Counted from the stretch's first letter, positions 34,458-44,481 are shown. The stretch is 64,000 nt of DNA from Anaeromyxobacteraceae bacterium (GCA_032654565.1 JAULAX010000018.1:384001-448000); one strand, 5' to 3'. The notes: generated by a model from the letters alone, not told the origin. Translations and numbers: made by a program.

Positions 34458-36557
34458 GTGACGCGAGCCGACCTGCTGCCCGGCAAGCCGTTCCCGCTCG
34501 GCGCCACGCCGGGACCGGACGGGGTCAACTTCAGCGTCTGGTCTCGCGACGCCACCGGGATCGAGCTGCTGCTCTTCGACGCCGCCGACAGCGCCCGCCC
34601 CTCGCGGATCATCAAGCTGCAGCGCGACCAGCACCACACCTACCACTACTGGCACGTGCTGGTGGCCGGCCTGGGCCCTGGGCAGCACTACGGCTGGCGG
34701 GCCCAGGGGCCCTTCCGACCCGACGCCGGGCTCCGCTTCGACGGCGAGAAGCTGCTGCTCGATCCCTACGCCCGGGCCATCGCCGTGCCCCCCGGCTACG
34801 ACCGGGAGGCGGCCACCCGGCGTGGCGACAACGCCGGGGTGGCCATGAAGTCGGTGGTGGCCGACCTCTCCCGCTTCGACTGGGAGGGGGACCAGCGGCT
34901 CCGCCACCCCTTCTCCCGCACCGCCATCTACGAGCTGCACGTCCGCGGCTTCACCCGCCACCCCAGCTCGGGCGTGGCCGAGCCGCGGCGCGGCACCTAC
35001 GCCGGCCTGGTCGAGAAGATCCCCTACCTCAAGTCCCTCGGCGTCACCGCGGTGGAGCTCCTGCCGGTCTTCCAGTACGACCCCCAGGACGCGCCGCCCG
35101 GGCGCCGCAACGCCTGGGGCTACTCGCCGGTCTCCTTCTTCGCGCTGCACACCGCCTACGCCGCCGCCGGCGAGCCGCTGGCGGCGCTCGACGAGTTCCG
35201 CGAGATGGTCAAGGCGCTCCACCGGGCCGGGCTCGAGGTGATCCTCGACGTGGTCTACAACCACACCGCCGAGTCCGACGAGCGCGGGCCCACCCTGGGC
35301 TTCCGGGGGCTCGACAACCGGGCCTACTACCTGCTGGAGCAGGACTGGTCCCGGTACGCCAACTACACCGGCTGCGGCAACACCCTCAAGGCCCACCACC
35401 CGGTGGTGCGCCGGCTCATCCTCGACAGCCTGCGCCACTGGGTCTCCGAGATGCACGTCGACGGGTTCCGCTTCGACCTGGCCTCGGTGCTGGCCCGCGA
35501 CGAGGCCGGCCACCCGCAGAGCAGCCCGCCCATCGTCTGGGAGATCGAGAGCGACCCGCTGCTGTGCGGCACCAAGCTGATCGCCGAGGCCTGGGACGCC
35601 GCCGGGCTCTACCAGGTGGGGCAGTGGGTGGGCGACTCCTGGAAGGAGTGGAACGGTCGCTTCCGCGACGACGTCCGCGGCTTCGTGCGCGGCGAGCCGG
35701 GGATGGTGGGCCGGCTCGCCAACCGCATCTTCGCCAGCCCCGACCTCTACGCCGGCGACCAGCTGGAGCCGGAGCAGAGCGTCAACTTCGTCACCTGCCA
35801 CGACGGCTTCACGCTCAACGACCTGGTCAGCTACGACCGCAAGGCCAACCTGGCCAACGGCGAGGAGAACCGCGACGGGGCCGACGACAACCGCTCCTGG
35901 AACTGCGGCGTCGAGGGGCCCAGCGACGATCCGGCCGTGGAGGCGCTTCGCTCGCGCCAGGTGCGCAACCTGCTGGCCCTGACCCTGCTCTCCAGCGGCG
36001 TGCCCATGATCACCATGGGCGACGAGGCGCGCCGCACCCAGCTCGGCAACAACAACGCCTGGTGCCACGACGGCCCGCTCACCTGGCTGGACTGGGACCT
36101 GGTGGAGCGGCAGGCCGGCCTGCGCAGCTTCGTGCGGCGCCTGCTCGACCTGCGCTTCGCCTTCGATCCCACCGCGGCCAGCGACGGCGTCCCGCTCCGC
36201 GAGTTCCTCACCCGGGCCCGCATCGAGTGGCACGGGGTCCGGCTCGACGCCCCGGACTGGGGCCCGGAGTCGCGCAGCCTGGCGGTCTGCTTCACGGCGC
36301 GCGGCCGCTCCGGGCGGATCTACATGGCCTTCAACGCCTTCTGGGAGCCGCTGGAGTTCGAGCTGCCCACGGCGCCGCGGAGCTGGCGGCGGCTGGTGGA
36401 CACGGCGCGGCCGTCACCTGACGACGCCGTCGGCTGGGCCGACAACGCCACGGTGGCGGGGTCGAGCTACCGGGTGGAGGCCCGCTCCCTGGTCATGCTG
36501 GGGACCCACGGGGCCCGGCGGCGTGACGCCGGCGGGCCGGCGACCCGGGGCCGCTAG
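34458..36557 (+). CDS. glgX: Glycogen debranching enzyme
   Basis: LLLDPYA, YELHVRGFT, DVVYNHT, DGFRFDLA, NFVTCHDGFTL. Confidence 0.95.
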   Translation: MTRADLLPGKPFPLGATPGPDGVNFSVWSRDATGIELLLFDAADSARPSRIIKLQRDQHHTYHYWHVLVAGLGPGQHYGWRAQGPFRPDAGLRFDGEKLLLDPYARAIAVPPGYDREAATRRGDNAGVAMKSVVADLSRFDWEGDQRLRHPFSRTAIYELHVRGFTRHPSSGVAEPRRGTYAGLVEKIPYLKSLGVTAVELLPVFQYDPQDAPPGRRNAWGYSPVSFFALHTAYAAAGEPLAALDEFREMVKALHRAGLEVILDVVYNHTAESDERGPTLGFRGLDNRAYYLLEQDWSRYANYTGCGNTLKAHHPVVRRLILDSLRHWVSEMHVDGFRFDLASVLARDEAGHPQSSPPIVWEIESDPLLCGTKLIAEAWDAAGLYQVGQWVGDSWKEWNGRFRDDVRGFVRGEPGMVGRLANRIFASPDLYAGDQLEPEQSVNFVTCHDGFTLNDLVSYDRKANLANGEENRDGADDNRSWNCGVEGPSDDPAVEALRSRQVRNLLALTLLSSGVPMITMGDEARRTQLGNNNAWCHDGPLTWLDWDLVERQAGLRSFVRRLLDLRFAFDPTAASDGVPLREFLTRARIEWHGVRLDAPDWGPESRSLAVCFTARGRSGRIYMAFNAFWEPLEFELPTAPRSWRRLVDTARPSPDDAVGWADNATVAGSSYRVEARSLVMLGTHGARRRDAGGPATRGR

Positions 36558-38017
36558 AAGCTGCCGAGGAACTCGTCGTTGGTCTCGAACTCGTTGAGCT
36601 TCTTGAGGAGCCGCTCCATGGCCTCGACCGGCTTGAGCGAGGCCAGGGCGCCGCGCAGCCGCCGCACCTTCTCGATCTCCTTCGGGGAGAAGAGCTTCTC
36701 CTCCTTGCGGGTGCCGGAGGCGCCGATGTCGATGGCCGGGAAGATGCGCCGCTCCGAGAGCTGCCGGGAGAGCACCACCTCCATGTTTCCGGTGCCCTTG
36801 AACTCCTCGAAGATCACCTCGTCCATGCGCGAGCCGGTGTCGATGAGGGCGGTGGCGATGATGGTGAGCGAGCCGCCCTCCTCGGCCTTGCGGGCGGCGC
36901 CGAAGAGCCGCTTGGGCCGCTCCAGCGCGCGCGAGTCGACGCCGCCGGTGAGGGTGCGGCCGGAGGACTCGACCTCCTTGTTGTAGGCGCGGGCCAGCCG
37001 GGTGATGGAGTCGAGCAGGATGACCACGTCCTTGCCCCCCTCCACCAGCCGCCGGGCGCGCTCCATGGCCATCTCGGCGGCGTGGATGTGCTCCTCGGCC
37101 GGCCGGTCGTTGGAGGAGCCGATCACCTCGCCCTTGATGTTGCGGCGCATGTCGGTGAGCTCCTCGGGCCGCTCGTCGACCAGCAGCACCGTCAGGTGCA
37201 CGTCGGGCCGGTTGGCGGTGATGGCCTGGGCGATCCGCTGCAGCATGATGGTCTTGCCGGCCTTGGGCGGCGAGGTGATCAGGCCGCGGGCCCCGAGGCC
37301 GATGGGCGAGATGAGGTCGAGCACCCGCCCCACCAGCTCGTCGGCGCGGGTCTCCATCACCAGCCGCTCGGTGGGATCGGTGGCGGTCAGGTTGGGGAAG
37401 TGGGTGCGGCGCAGCACCGCCATGGGGTCGGCGCCCTCGAGGGTGTCGACCTTGGTGAGCACCCGCTTCATGTTGCGGGTGGCCGCCTGGCCCTTCACCA
37501 GCAGCCCGGCCTGGAGGTGCATCCGGTCGATGAGCCAGCGGGGCACCTCGACGTCGAACGGCTGGGGGTTGTAGCTCTTCTTGGGATCGCGCAGCGCGCC
37601 GTTCCCCTTGCCCTCGAACTCGAGGACGCCCTCGACCTCCTCGGTCACCTCGGGCTGGCCGTTGCCCGGGCCGCCCTGCGGCCCCTGGCTCCCCTGCGGC
37701 TGGCCGCCAGGGGGCGCGCCCTGCGGGGCCTGTCCACCCGGCTGCCCGCCGGGCTGGCCGCCCGGGCCGTTGCCGCCGGGGCCGTTGCCGTTGGGGCTGC
37801 CCGGAGGTCCACCGCGGCCGCGGCGACCGCGGCGACGGCGGCGGCGGCGCCCCTGGCCGGGCTGGCCGGGTTGTCCACCCTGGCCGGGCTGTCCGCCACC
37901 TTCGTTGGGACCACCGTCACCGTCGCCTCCGCCGCCTCCGGACGCGGGAGTCTGCGCCGGCGCGGATGGAGTGGTGGCGGGCTGCCCCTGGGGGCCGTTC
38001 TCGTGATTCTCGCTCAT
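36554..38017 (-). CDS. rho: Transcription termination factor Rho with low-complexity N-terminus
   Basis: PPKAGKT, DERPEE, LDSITRLARAYN, FEEFKGTGNME. Confidence 0.96.
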   Translation of the reverse strand: MSENHENGPQGQPATTPSAPAQTPASGGGGGDGDGGPNEGGGQPGQGGQPGQPGQGRRRRRRRGRRGRGGPPGSPNGNGPGGNGPGGQPGGQPGGQAPQGAPPGGQPQGSQGPQGGPGNGQPEVTEEVEGVLEFEGKGNGALRDPKKSYNPQPFDVEVPRWLIDRMHLQAGLLVKGQAATRNMKRVLTKVDTLEGADPMAVLRRTHFPNLTATDPTERLVMETRADELVGRVLDLISPIGLGARGLITSPPKAGKTIMLQRIAQAITANRPDVHLTVLLVDERPEELTDMRRNIKGEVIGSSNDRPAEEHIHAAEMAMERARRLVEGGKDVVILLDSITRLARAYNKEVESSGRTLTGGVDSRALERPKRLFGAARKAEEGGSLTIIATALIDTGSRMDEVIFEEFKGTGNMEVVLSRQLSERRIFPAIDIGASGTRKEEKLFSPKEIEKVRRLRGALASLKPVEAMERLLKKLNEFETNDEFLGSF

Positions 38018-38268
38018 GTGGTGTCTGCTGCGCGGCCCCCGGCGAGTCGCCTGGGGCGCGTCCTACGTCTCTTCTGGAGTGGCGGCCGGCTCGAGACGCG
38101 CCGCGCGAGGCGGCGTCCGGTGGTGCGCTGCTCGCTGCAAGCCGACCGGGCCGTCACCCCTCCGCCTCGACCAAGAGTCGCTGGCTGGGAGTGACGGGAG
38201 GATCCATAGCAAGAAAGGGATCCGCAGGCAAAGCAGAAACGCGCAGGCCCTGTGTGGGCCGGGGCGGC

Positions 38269-40788
38269 TCAGGGGGCCGGCCGGGCCACCCACTCCACCG
38301 GCAGGGCCAGCACCGGCCCCAGCTCGAGGAGCAGGGCGGCGGCGCCCAGCTCGGGGAAGAGCGCCGCCGTTCGCCGCAGCACCGCCTCACCGCCGGTCAT
38401 GACCGCCGCCCCCAGCGACACCTGGAGGTCCCTCCAGTCGCCGCCGCTGCGGCGCACCTCGACGTCGGCGTCGGCCGGCAGCCCGGCGCTGGTCCGCGCC
38501 GCCGCCACCGCCTCCTCGAGCCCGCCCAGCTGGTCCACCAGCCGGCGGGTGAGCGCCTGCTGGCCGGTCCAGACGCGGCCGCCCGCCACCCGCTCCACCT
38601 CGGCGCGCGGCAGGGCCCGCCCCTCGACCACCCGGTCGAGGAAGGTGGCGTAGACGGCGTCGACTTGCCTCGCCACCAGGGCCCGCTCCTCGTCGCGCCA
38701 CGGGCGGGCCAGCGTGGTGAGGTCGGCGTTCCGGCCCCGGGTCTGGACGTCGCGGTGGACGGAGAGCTTCTCCAGCAGCCCGGAGAGCTCGGGCTTGAGC
38801 ACGAAGACCCCGATCGATCCGGTCAGCGTCGAGGGCTCGGCCAGGATCCGCTCGGCGCCCACCGCCGCCAGGTAGCCGCCGCTGGCCGCCACGTCGCCCA
38901 TCGAGGCGATGACCGGCTTCCGCTCCCGCGCCTTCTTGACGGCGCGCCAGATCAGGTCGGAGGCCACCGCGTCGCCGCCGGGGGAGTCGACGCGCAGGAC
39001 GATGGCCTTGACCCGCCCGTCCCGGGCCGCCTCCTCGAGCTGGGCGACCACGGTCTCGGCGCCGCTGATGCGCGCGCCGCCGAGCGGCTCGAGCCGGCTG
39101 TGGCCCGCGGCGATGATCCCCTCTAGGCCGACCACGGCGATGACCGGGGGGAGCCCCCAGCGCCGCGCCTGGCGGGGCGGCGCCGGATCGTACCCCTCGG
39201 CCAGGTCGAGCCCCCGGCCGGTGACCGTGCGGGACCAGCCCTCCAGCTCGTCGGGCCAGAGCAGCTCGTCCACCAGCCGCTCCTGCCGGGCCTCGGCGGC
39301 GGAGAAGACGCCCCGGTCGAGGAGCCCCCTGACGGCGGCGGCCTCGAGCCGGCGCCCCTGCGCCACGTCGGCGACCAGCCGGTCGTAGACGTCGTCGAGG
39401 ATGGCCCCGGTCATCTCCTTCGACTCCGGCGACGGCTCGTTGCGCGTGAAGGGCTCGGGGGCGGTCTTGAAGCCGCCGGCCCGCACCGCCTCCACGGTCA
39501 CGCCCAGCCGGGCCAGGCCGTCCTTGAGGTAGTACTGGCTGACGGAGAGGCCGTTCACCAGCAGCGTCGAGGACGGGGACATGGCCACCGAGGTGGCGGC
39601 GGTGGCCAGCCAGTAACCCTTCAAGCCGCCGCCGACCAGGGAGGCCAGCACCGGCTTGCGATCCCGCAGGCGCAGGATGGCCCCGCGCAGCTCCTCGATC
39701 CTGCCGGCGCCGAGCGGCAGGTCGCCGATCTGCAGCACCACCGCCCCCACCGCGGCGTCGTCGCCCGCCGCGGCCAGCTGCTCAAGCAGGACGCCGAAGC
39801 GATCCGGCCCGCGGAGCTCGAGGAAGAGGAAGCGGCGGGGCGCCAGCTCGCCGGCCAGGTCGAGGCGCGGGGTCGAGGAGGCGGCGGAGGCGGTGGGGTA
39901 CCGCTCCCAGGAGGCGCGGGCACCGACCAGCCAGCGGGTGTCATCCTCGGCGGCGGCGGCCCCCACCGTGGCGCCGGCGTGCCGGCCGTTCCAGGTGAGC
40001 GAGACCATCCCCGCCGGGAGCCGCTGCGGCGGCGCCAGGGCCGTGCTCCCCACCGGGATCCGGTACTGGGCGGTGAAGGCGAGCCCACGGGCGAGCTCGA
40101 CGGCGACCCCGACCGCGGCGCCGGTCACGTCGAAGCTTCCGCGGGCCTGGTCGTTGGCCAGCAGGTCGGCCGAGAGCGTCACCGAGTCGTCGAGGAAGCG
40201 GAGGCCGAGCCCGAGGTCGTAGCGGACCGGCAGCTTCCTCCCCAGGTACCTGGCGTCGACGCCGAGCATCGAGGCGCCGAGCGAGAGGTGCCGCCACGGG
40301 CGGAGGGCGAGGCCGAGGTCGAAGGCCTGCATGGGCTCGATGGCCGGGTCCGGCGAGCTCCACCAGCGCCAGGAGATGCCGAGCGAGGCGGTCTGGCCGT
40401 CGGTGAGCGCCAGCGCCAGCGTGGTGAGCCGGTAGCTGGTGCCGGCGGCGGGGCGGACCCACTCGACCGAGAGGCCGTGGCCGAGGGGGCCGGTGAGCCA
40501 GGCCCCGTAGAGGCCATCGCCGTCGGCGCCGAGCGGCCCGTGGCCCTGGACGTGGACGTAGTGGAGGGCCGGGCCGTGGACGAAGCCGATGCTGGCCGGG
40601 TTCACCGAGAGCGAGGTGGCCTCCTCGGCGACCGCCGCGCCCCCGGTCGGGAGCGGCAGGCCGGAGGAGAGGCTGGCCGGGAGGTCCTGCACCTGGGCGG
40701 CCGCGGGCGGCGCCGCCAGGGTGGCCAGGGCGAGCAGCCCGGAGACGGCGAGCTGAAGGGTGCGCCTGGCCAGCCGGTGCGTGGGCAT
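38269..40788 (-). CDS. sppA: Signal peptide peptidase SppA with large N-terminal extension
   Basis: RVDSPGG, SMGDVAASGGY, TGSIGV, GRVWTG. Confidence 0.88.
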   Translation of the reverse strand: MPTHRLARRTLQLAVSGLLALATLAAPPAAAQVQDLPASLSSGLPLPTGGAAVAEEATSLSVNPASIGFVHGPALHYVHVQGHGPLGADGDGLYGAWLTGPLGHGLSVEWVRPAAGTSYRLTTLALALTDGQTASLGISWRWWSSPDPAIEPMQAFDLGLALRPWRHLSLGASMLGVDARYLGRKLPVRYDLGLGLRFLDDSVTLSADLLANDQARGSFDVTGAAVGVAVELARGLAFTAQYRIPVGSTALAPPQRLPAGMVSLTWNGRHAGATVGAAAAEDDTRWLVGARASWERYPTASAASSTPRLDLAGELAPRRFLFLELRGPDRFGVLLEQLAAAGDDAAVGAVVLQIGDLPLGAGRIEELRGAILRLRDRKPVLASLVGGGLKGYWLATAATSVAMSPSSTLLVNGLSVSQYYLKDGLARLGVTVEAVRAGGFKTAPEPFTRNEPSPESKEMTGAILDDVYDRLVADVAQGRRLEAAAVRGLLDRGVFSAAEARQERLVDELLWPDELEGWSRTVTGRGLDLAEGYDPAPPRQARRWGLPPVIAVVGLEGIIAAGHSRLEPLGGARISGAETVVAQLEEAARDGRVKAIVLRVDSPGGDAVASDLIWRAVKKARERKPVIASMGDVAASGGYLAAVGAERILAEPSTLTGSIGVFVLKPELSGLLEKLSVHRDVQTRGRNADLTTLARPWRDEERALVARQVDAVYATFLDRVVEGRALPRAEVERVAGGRVWTGQQALTRRLVDQLGGLEEAVAAARTSAGLPADADVEVRRSGGDWRDLQVSLGAAVMTGGEAVLRRTAALFPELGAAALLLELGPVLALPVEWVARPAP

Positions 40789-40837
40789 GGCGCATCATAG
40801 CGGCAGCCGCGACCCGGCGGCGACCAGTGGCCTGGTC

Positions 40838-41653
40838 CTACTCGGTGCCGGCGTCCTCGACCGAGCGGATCAGCGCCTCGTCGAGCGGGACCAGGTTGCC
40901 CGACCGGTACTGCTTGAAGACGTCGAGCAGCTGCTCCTTGTGCGGGCGCACCTTGCCGATGGGGCAGAGCTCCCACTCCTTGAGCGGCTCGTCGCAGTAG
41001 CCCATCCGCTTGTCGCCGCACTTGGGCTGCAGGTAGCCGCCGATCTCCGGGACCGCCTTCATCACCTCGCGCCGCATCATCGCCACCATCTGGCGGATCT
41101 CCCACTGGGCGCGCCAGCAGAGCCGCAGGTCGGCGATGTGGAGCAGCTCGGTGAAGTTGACCATCACCTGGAAGTTGGTGGGGGTGGCGTTGGGCAGGAC
41201 GAAGCGGGCGTCTTCGGCCGGGATCCCCTTCTGCAGGGCCTCCTCGTAGACCCGGGTGATCTCCTTCATCAGCTTGTCGTACTCGTCGGAGAGCCCCTGC
41301 TTCTGCCAGCTCTTCGGCATGACGTAGTCGAGCCGCTCCTCCTTGTAGCGGACATAGCGCTGCGACTGCTGCTCGAAGCTGATGCCGATGCGGTGGCGCA
41401 CGAACTGGTGGGAGAGGGCGCGGGAGACGCCGCTGATGCCGAACCAGAAGACCACCTGCTCGAGCGGCGAGGCGTGGCCGGTCTTGAGCCGCTCGCCGAT
41501 GAACTCGCGGATCTTCTCGGGCGGGATGCGGCCGTCACCGATCTCGTCCCAGACCTCGCGGGGGGTCTTGGGCGTGTAGCAGGTGCGGTAGGCTCCGTAG
41601 AGCTTGGCCAGGGGGTCGCGGGCGTGGTCGATGAGCCGGACGTCGAGCGGCAT
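40838..41653 (-). CDS. thyX: FAD-dependent thymidylate synthase
   Basis: GHASPLEQ, SHQFVRHR..SFEQQSQRY, EDARFVLP, RAQWEIR. Confidence 0.94.
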   Translation of the reverse strand: MPLDVRLIDHARDPLAKLYGAYRTCYTPKTPREVWDEIGDGRIPPEKIREFIGERLKTGHASPLEQVVFWFGISGVSRALSHQFVRHRIGISFEQQSQRYVRYKEERLDYVMPKSWQKQGLSDEYDKLMKEITRVYEEALQKGIPAEDARFVLPNATPTNFQVMVNFTELLHIADLRLCWRAQWEIRQMVAMMRREVMKAVPEIGGYLQPKCGDKRMGYCDEPLKEWELCPIGKVRPHKEQLLDVFKQYRSGNLVPLDEALIRSVEDAGTE

Positions 41654-41695
41654 GGGTTTACCTCGAAAGGGAGCGCAGGATACTACATGGCACCC

Positions 41696-42175
41696 ATGAC
41701 GCCCGTCCCCGCATCGGCCTCCCACGTCGAGATGACCCAGCTGGTGATGCCGAGCCACGCCAACTCACACGGCACCGCCTTCGGCGGCACGGTGATGGCC
41801 TGGACCGACCTGGCCGCCGGCATGGCGGCCATGCGCCACGCCCGGCTCCCGGTGGTCACCGCCTCCATCGACCAGCTGGTCTTCCGCTCGCCGGTCCGCA
41901 TCGGCCAGATCGCCCTGGTGCGGGCCCAGGTCAACGCCGTCTTCGCCACCTCCATGGAGGTGGGAGTGGTGGTGCTGACCGAGGAGCCGCTCACCGGGGA
42001 GCAGCACCTCTGCTGCGAGGCCTTCCTGACGTTCGTGGCGCTGGGGCCCGACCAGCACCCCCGGCCGGTGGCGCCGCTGCGGGCCGAGACCGAGCTGGAG
42101 CAGCAGCGTCAGCGCGAGGCGGGCACGCGGCGGGCCGCCCGGCTCGAGCTGCGCGAGACGCTGAAGGGGAGGTAG
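41696..42175 (+). CDS. Acyl-CoA thioesterase (hotdog fold)
   Basis: HANSHGTAFGG, VVTASID, TSMEVGV. Confidence 0.9.
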   Translation: MTPVPASASHVEMTQLVMPSHANSHGTAFGGTVMAWTDLAAGMAAMRHARLPVVTASIDQLVFRSPVRIGQIALVRAQVNAVFATSMEVGVVVLTEEPLTGEQHLCCEAFLTFVALGPDQHPRPVAPLRAETELEQQRQREAGTRRAARLELRETLKGR

Positions 42176-42189
42176 GGAGGCGCCGGGCC

Positions 42190-42732
42190 CTAGGGTCGCG
42201 GCCGCTCGACCTCGGCCTTGAGCGAGGCCAGGCCCCGCTCGAAGTCGGGCCCGATCATCTTGTCCATGTCCATGAAGACCGACATGGCGCGGGCCACCAG
42301 GCCGTTGGTGCCCGTCATGAGCCAGGTGACGCGGGAGCCCACGCCCTCGGGGACGACGACGAAGGAGGTCTCGCTGGTCGACTCGTAGGGGCGCAGGAAC
42401 TCCAGCTTGATGACCACCCTGGCCCCCGGGGTCGCCTCGACGATGGTCATGCGGCCGGCGCCGACCTTGTCGTCGCCGCTCCAGGTGGAGACGGCGCCGA
42501 CGCCCTGGCCGATCACGGTGGTCTTCTGGTTCGGGTCGAGCCTGGCCCAGGGGGACCAGCGCGCCCAGCGGTGGAGGTCGACGACCGCGGCGTAGACCTC
42601 GGCGGCGGGGGCCGAGATGGCGGCGGAGCGCTCCACCCGGTAGGTGGCGGGGCGGGTGGCGGCGACGGCCACCACCAGCAGCGGGACGGCGATGAAGACG
42701 GAGAGGATGGCGAGGATGAGCTTCTTGAGCAC
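42190..42732 (-). CDS. SRPBCC/polyketide cyclase family protein
   Basis: VERSAAISAP, WSPW, MDKMIGPDFERGL. Confidence 0.88.
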   Translation of the reverse strand: MLKKLILAILSVFIAVPLLVVAVAATRPATYRVERSAAISAPAAEVYAAVVDLHRWARWSPWARLDPNQKTTVIGQGVGAVSTWSGDDKVGAGRMTIVEATPGARVVIKLEFLRPYESTSETSFVVVPEGVGSRVTWLMTGTNGLVARAMSVFMDMDKMIGPDFERGLASLKAEVERPRP

Positions 42733-42761
42733 GGGGAGGCCTCCGCTGATGTTCTACGCGG

Positions 42762-43250
42762 TCAGCCCTTGCCGCGCAGGCGCAAGCAGAGCCCGCCCGA
42801 GTCGTAGTAGGTGAAGCGGACCGAGCCGGCCAGGAGGCGCATGCCGGGCTGGAGCGCCACGGCGTCGGGGCCGAGCTGGGCGTCCTCGACGGCGGAGCCG
42901 TTGGTCGAGCCGGCGTCCCGGACGGACCAGCCGAGCGGCTCGGGCTGGAGCAGCAGGTGGATGCGGGAGAGGGTGGCGTCGTCGACGACGATGTCGTTGT
43001 CGGAGGCGCGCCCGAGGGAGAGGTAGGTCCGCTGGGTGGGGGGCTCGAGCGCGATGGCGAGCGACTCACCGGCGCCATGGGGGACGCTGCCGAGGAGGCT
43101 GTCCTGGGCGAGGGTGTCCTTGGTCTGGTAGGTGGGGCGCCACGGCCCGGCCTCCCAGACCAGCCAGTCCTCCGGCCAGGCCTTGGTGAAGGCGTCGAGG
43201 GTCTGTCCCTGGGAGGCCTTGGCCAGCCAGGTCAGCAGGTATCCACGCAA
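42762..43250 (-). CDS. FHA-domain protein
   Basis: LGRASDNDIV, SRIH, DAGSTNGS. Confidence 0.85.
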   Translation of the reverse strand: MRGYLLTWLAKASQGQTLDAFTKAWPEDWLVWEAGPWRPTYQTKDTLAQDSLLGSVPHGAGESLAIALEPPTQRTYLSLGRASDNDIVVDDATLSRIHLLLQPEPLGWSVRDAGSTNGSAVEDAQLGPDAVALQPGMRLLAGSVRFTYYDSGGLCLRLRGKG

Positions 43251-43358
43251 GGAAGTCCTCCGCCCGGGATGACAGCATAGAGAAGCGGCGGCTGTCGACT
43301 GCTACTTGCAGATCATTTCACCGCCTCCACGCCTCGGCCTGGCAGGCAGGAGGACTGA

Positions 43359-43460
43359 AGACCGCTTCCCCCGTCCCCCCCTCCCGTCCCAGAGACCGCT
43401 TCCCCCGTCCCCCCCTCCCGTCCCAGAGACCGCTTCCCCCGTCCCCCCCTCCCGTCCCAG
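43359..43460. repeat. Three perfect tandem copies of a 34-bp unit
   Basis: AGACCGCTTCCCCCGTCCCCCCCTCCCGTCCCAG at 43359, 43393 and 43427. Confidence 0.97.
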
Positions 43461-43490
43461 AGTAGTTCGGCGGACCAAGGTCCGCGGGAC
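43451..43490 (+). repeat. REP-like element (GTAG + hairpin), left flank of RAYT
   Basis: CCCGTCCCAGA-GTAG-TTCG-GCGGACC-AA-GGTCCGC-GGGAC. Confidence 0.65.
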
Positions 43491-43547
43491 GGCCGGGGTG
43501 GGGTGGGCGGCGGTGAGGCAAGTGGCCGGAATCGCGAGCGGAGGCAT

Positions 43548-43562
43548 TGGCACGGGTCCTGC
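43548..43562 (+). promoter_or_regulatory. Sigma54 (-24/-12) promoter candidate
   Basis: TGGCACGGGTCCTGC = GG-N10-GC, 16 nt before the ATG. Confidence 0.6.
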
Positions 43563-43578
43563 GATGTAGCCCCAGGCC

Positions 43579-44481
43579 ATGACCGCGCCACGCCAGGTGC
43601 TCCCGGGCACCACCTACCTCATCACCCGCCGGTGCCTGAACCGGCAGTTCTTCCTGCGCCCCTCCAAGGCCACCAACCAGCTCGTCGGCTTCCTCCTCGC
43701 CGTCGCCGCCGAGCGCTTCCACGTCGAGGTCCACGCCTTCTGCGTGATGTCCAACCACCTCCACCTCGTGGTCACCGACCCCGACGCCTGCCTCCCCGCC
43801 TTCGGCAGGTTCCTCGACTCGCTCATCGGCCGCTCCATGAACGCCATGCTGGGGCGCCAGGAGTACTTCTGGGGGCCGCCCACCTTCAGCGCCGTCGCCC
43901 TGCAGTCCCCGGCCGACGTCCTCGACAAGGTCGCCTACACCCTCGCCAACCCGGTCAAGGCCGGCCTGGTCCGCCGCGGACGGCTCTGGCCGGGGCTCTG
44001 GTCCGCCCCGGACCAGATGGGCGCCGCGCCCCTCGAGTTCGCCAGGCCCTCCTCCTTCTTCCGGCGGGCCGGCCAGGGGTCCCTTCCCGACCGGGCCTCC
44101 CTGCGGCTCGTCATCCCCACGGGCTTCGACTCTCCGGCCCACTTCCGCCGCTCCCTCCACGCCGCCCTCGCCGACCGGGAGCAAGCCGCCTCTGCCCACC
44201 TCGCCTCGCGCGGGCGTGGCTTCCTCGGCGTCCAGCGCGTGCTCACACAGAGCCCCTTCGACAGGCCTCCTACCAGGGAGCCCCTCGGAGGGCTCAACCC
44301 GCGCGTCGCCAGCCACGACACCTGGCGTCGCGTCCAGGCCCTCCGCGCCCTCGGCTCCTTCATCCAGGACTACCGCCGCGCCTTCGACCGCTGGCGCGCC
44401 GGCTCCTCCGGCGTCCTCTTCCCCGCCGGCACCTATCTCATGCGCGTCCTCCACCGCGCCCCCTGCCTCGCCCCTGGCTGA
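43579..44481 (+). mobile_element. REP-associated tyrosine transposase (RAYT; Y1/HUH, IS200-like superfamily)
   Basis: TYLITRRC, CVMSNHLHLV (HUH), YTLANPVKAGLV (catalytic Tyr motif), W..S. Confidence 0.9.

Noticed and set aside
43359..43460. CRISPR array or coding repeat
   Set aside because: Units are identical with no spacers; overlapping ORFs are low-complexity artefacts
43579..44481. Classical IS200/IS605 element with tnpB
   Set aside because: No tnpB; the length and the NPVKAGLV motif fit RAYT
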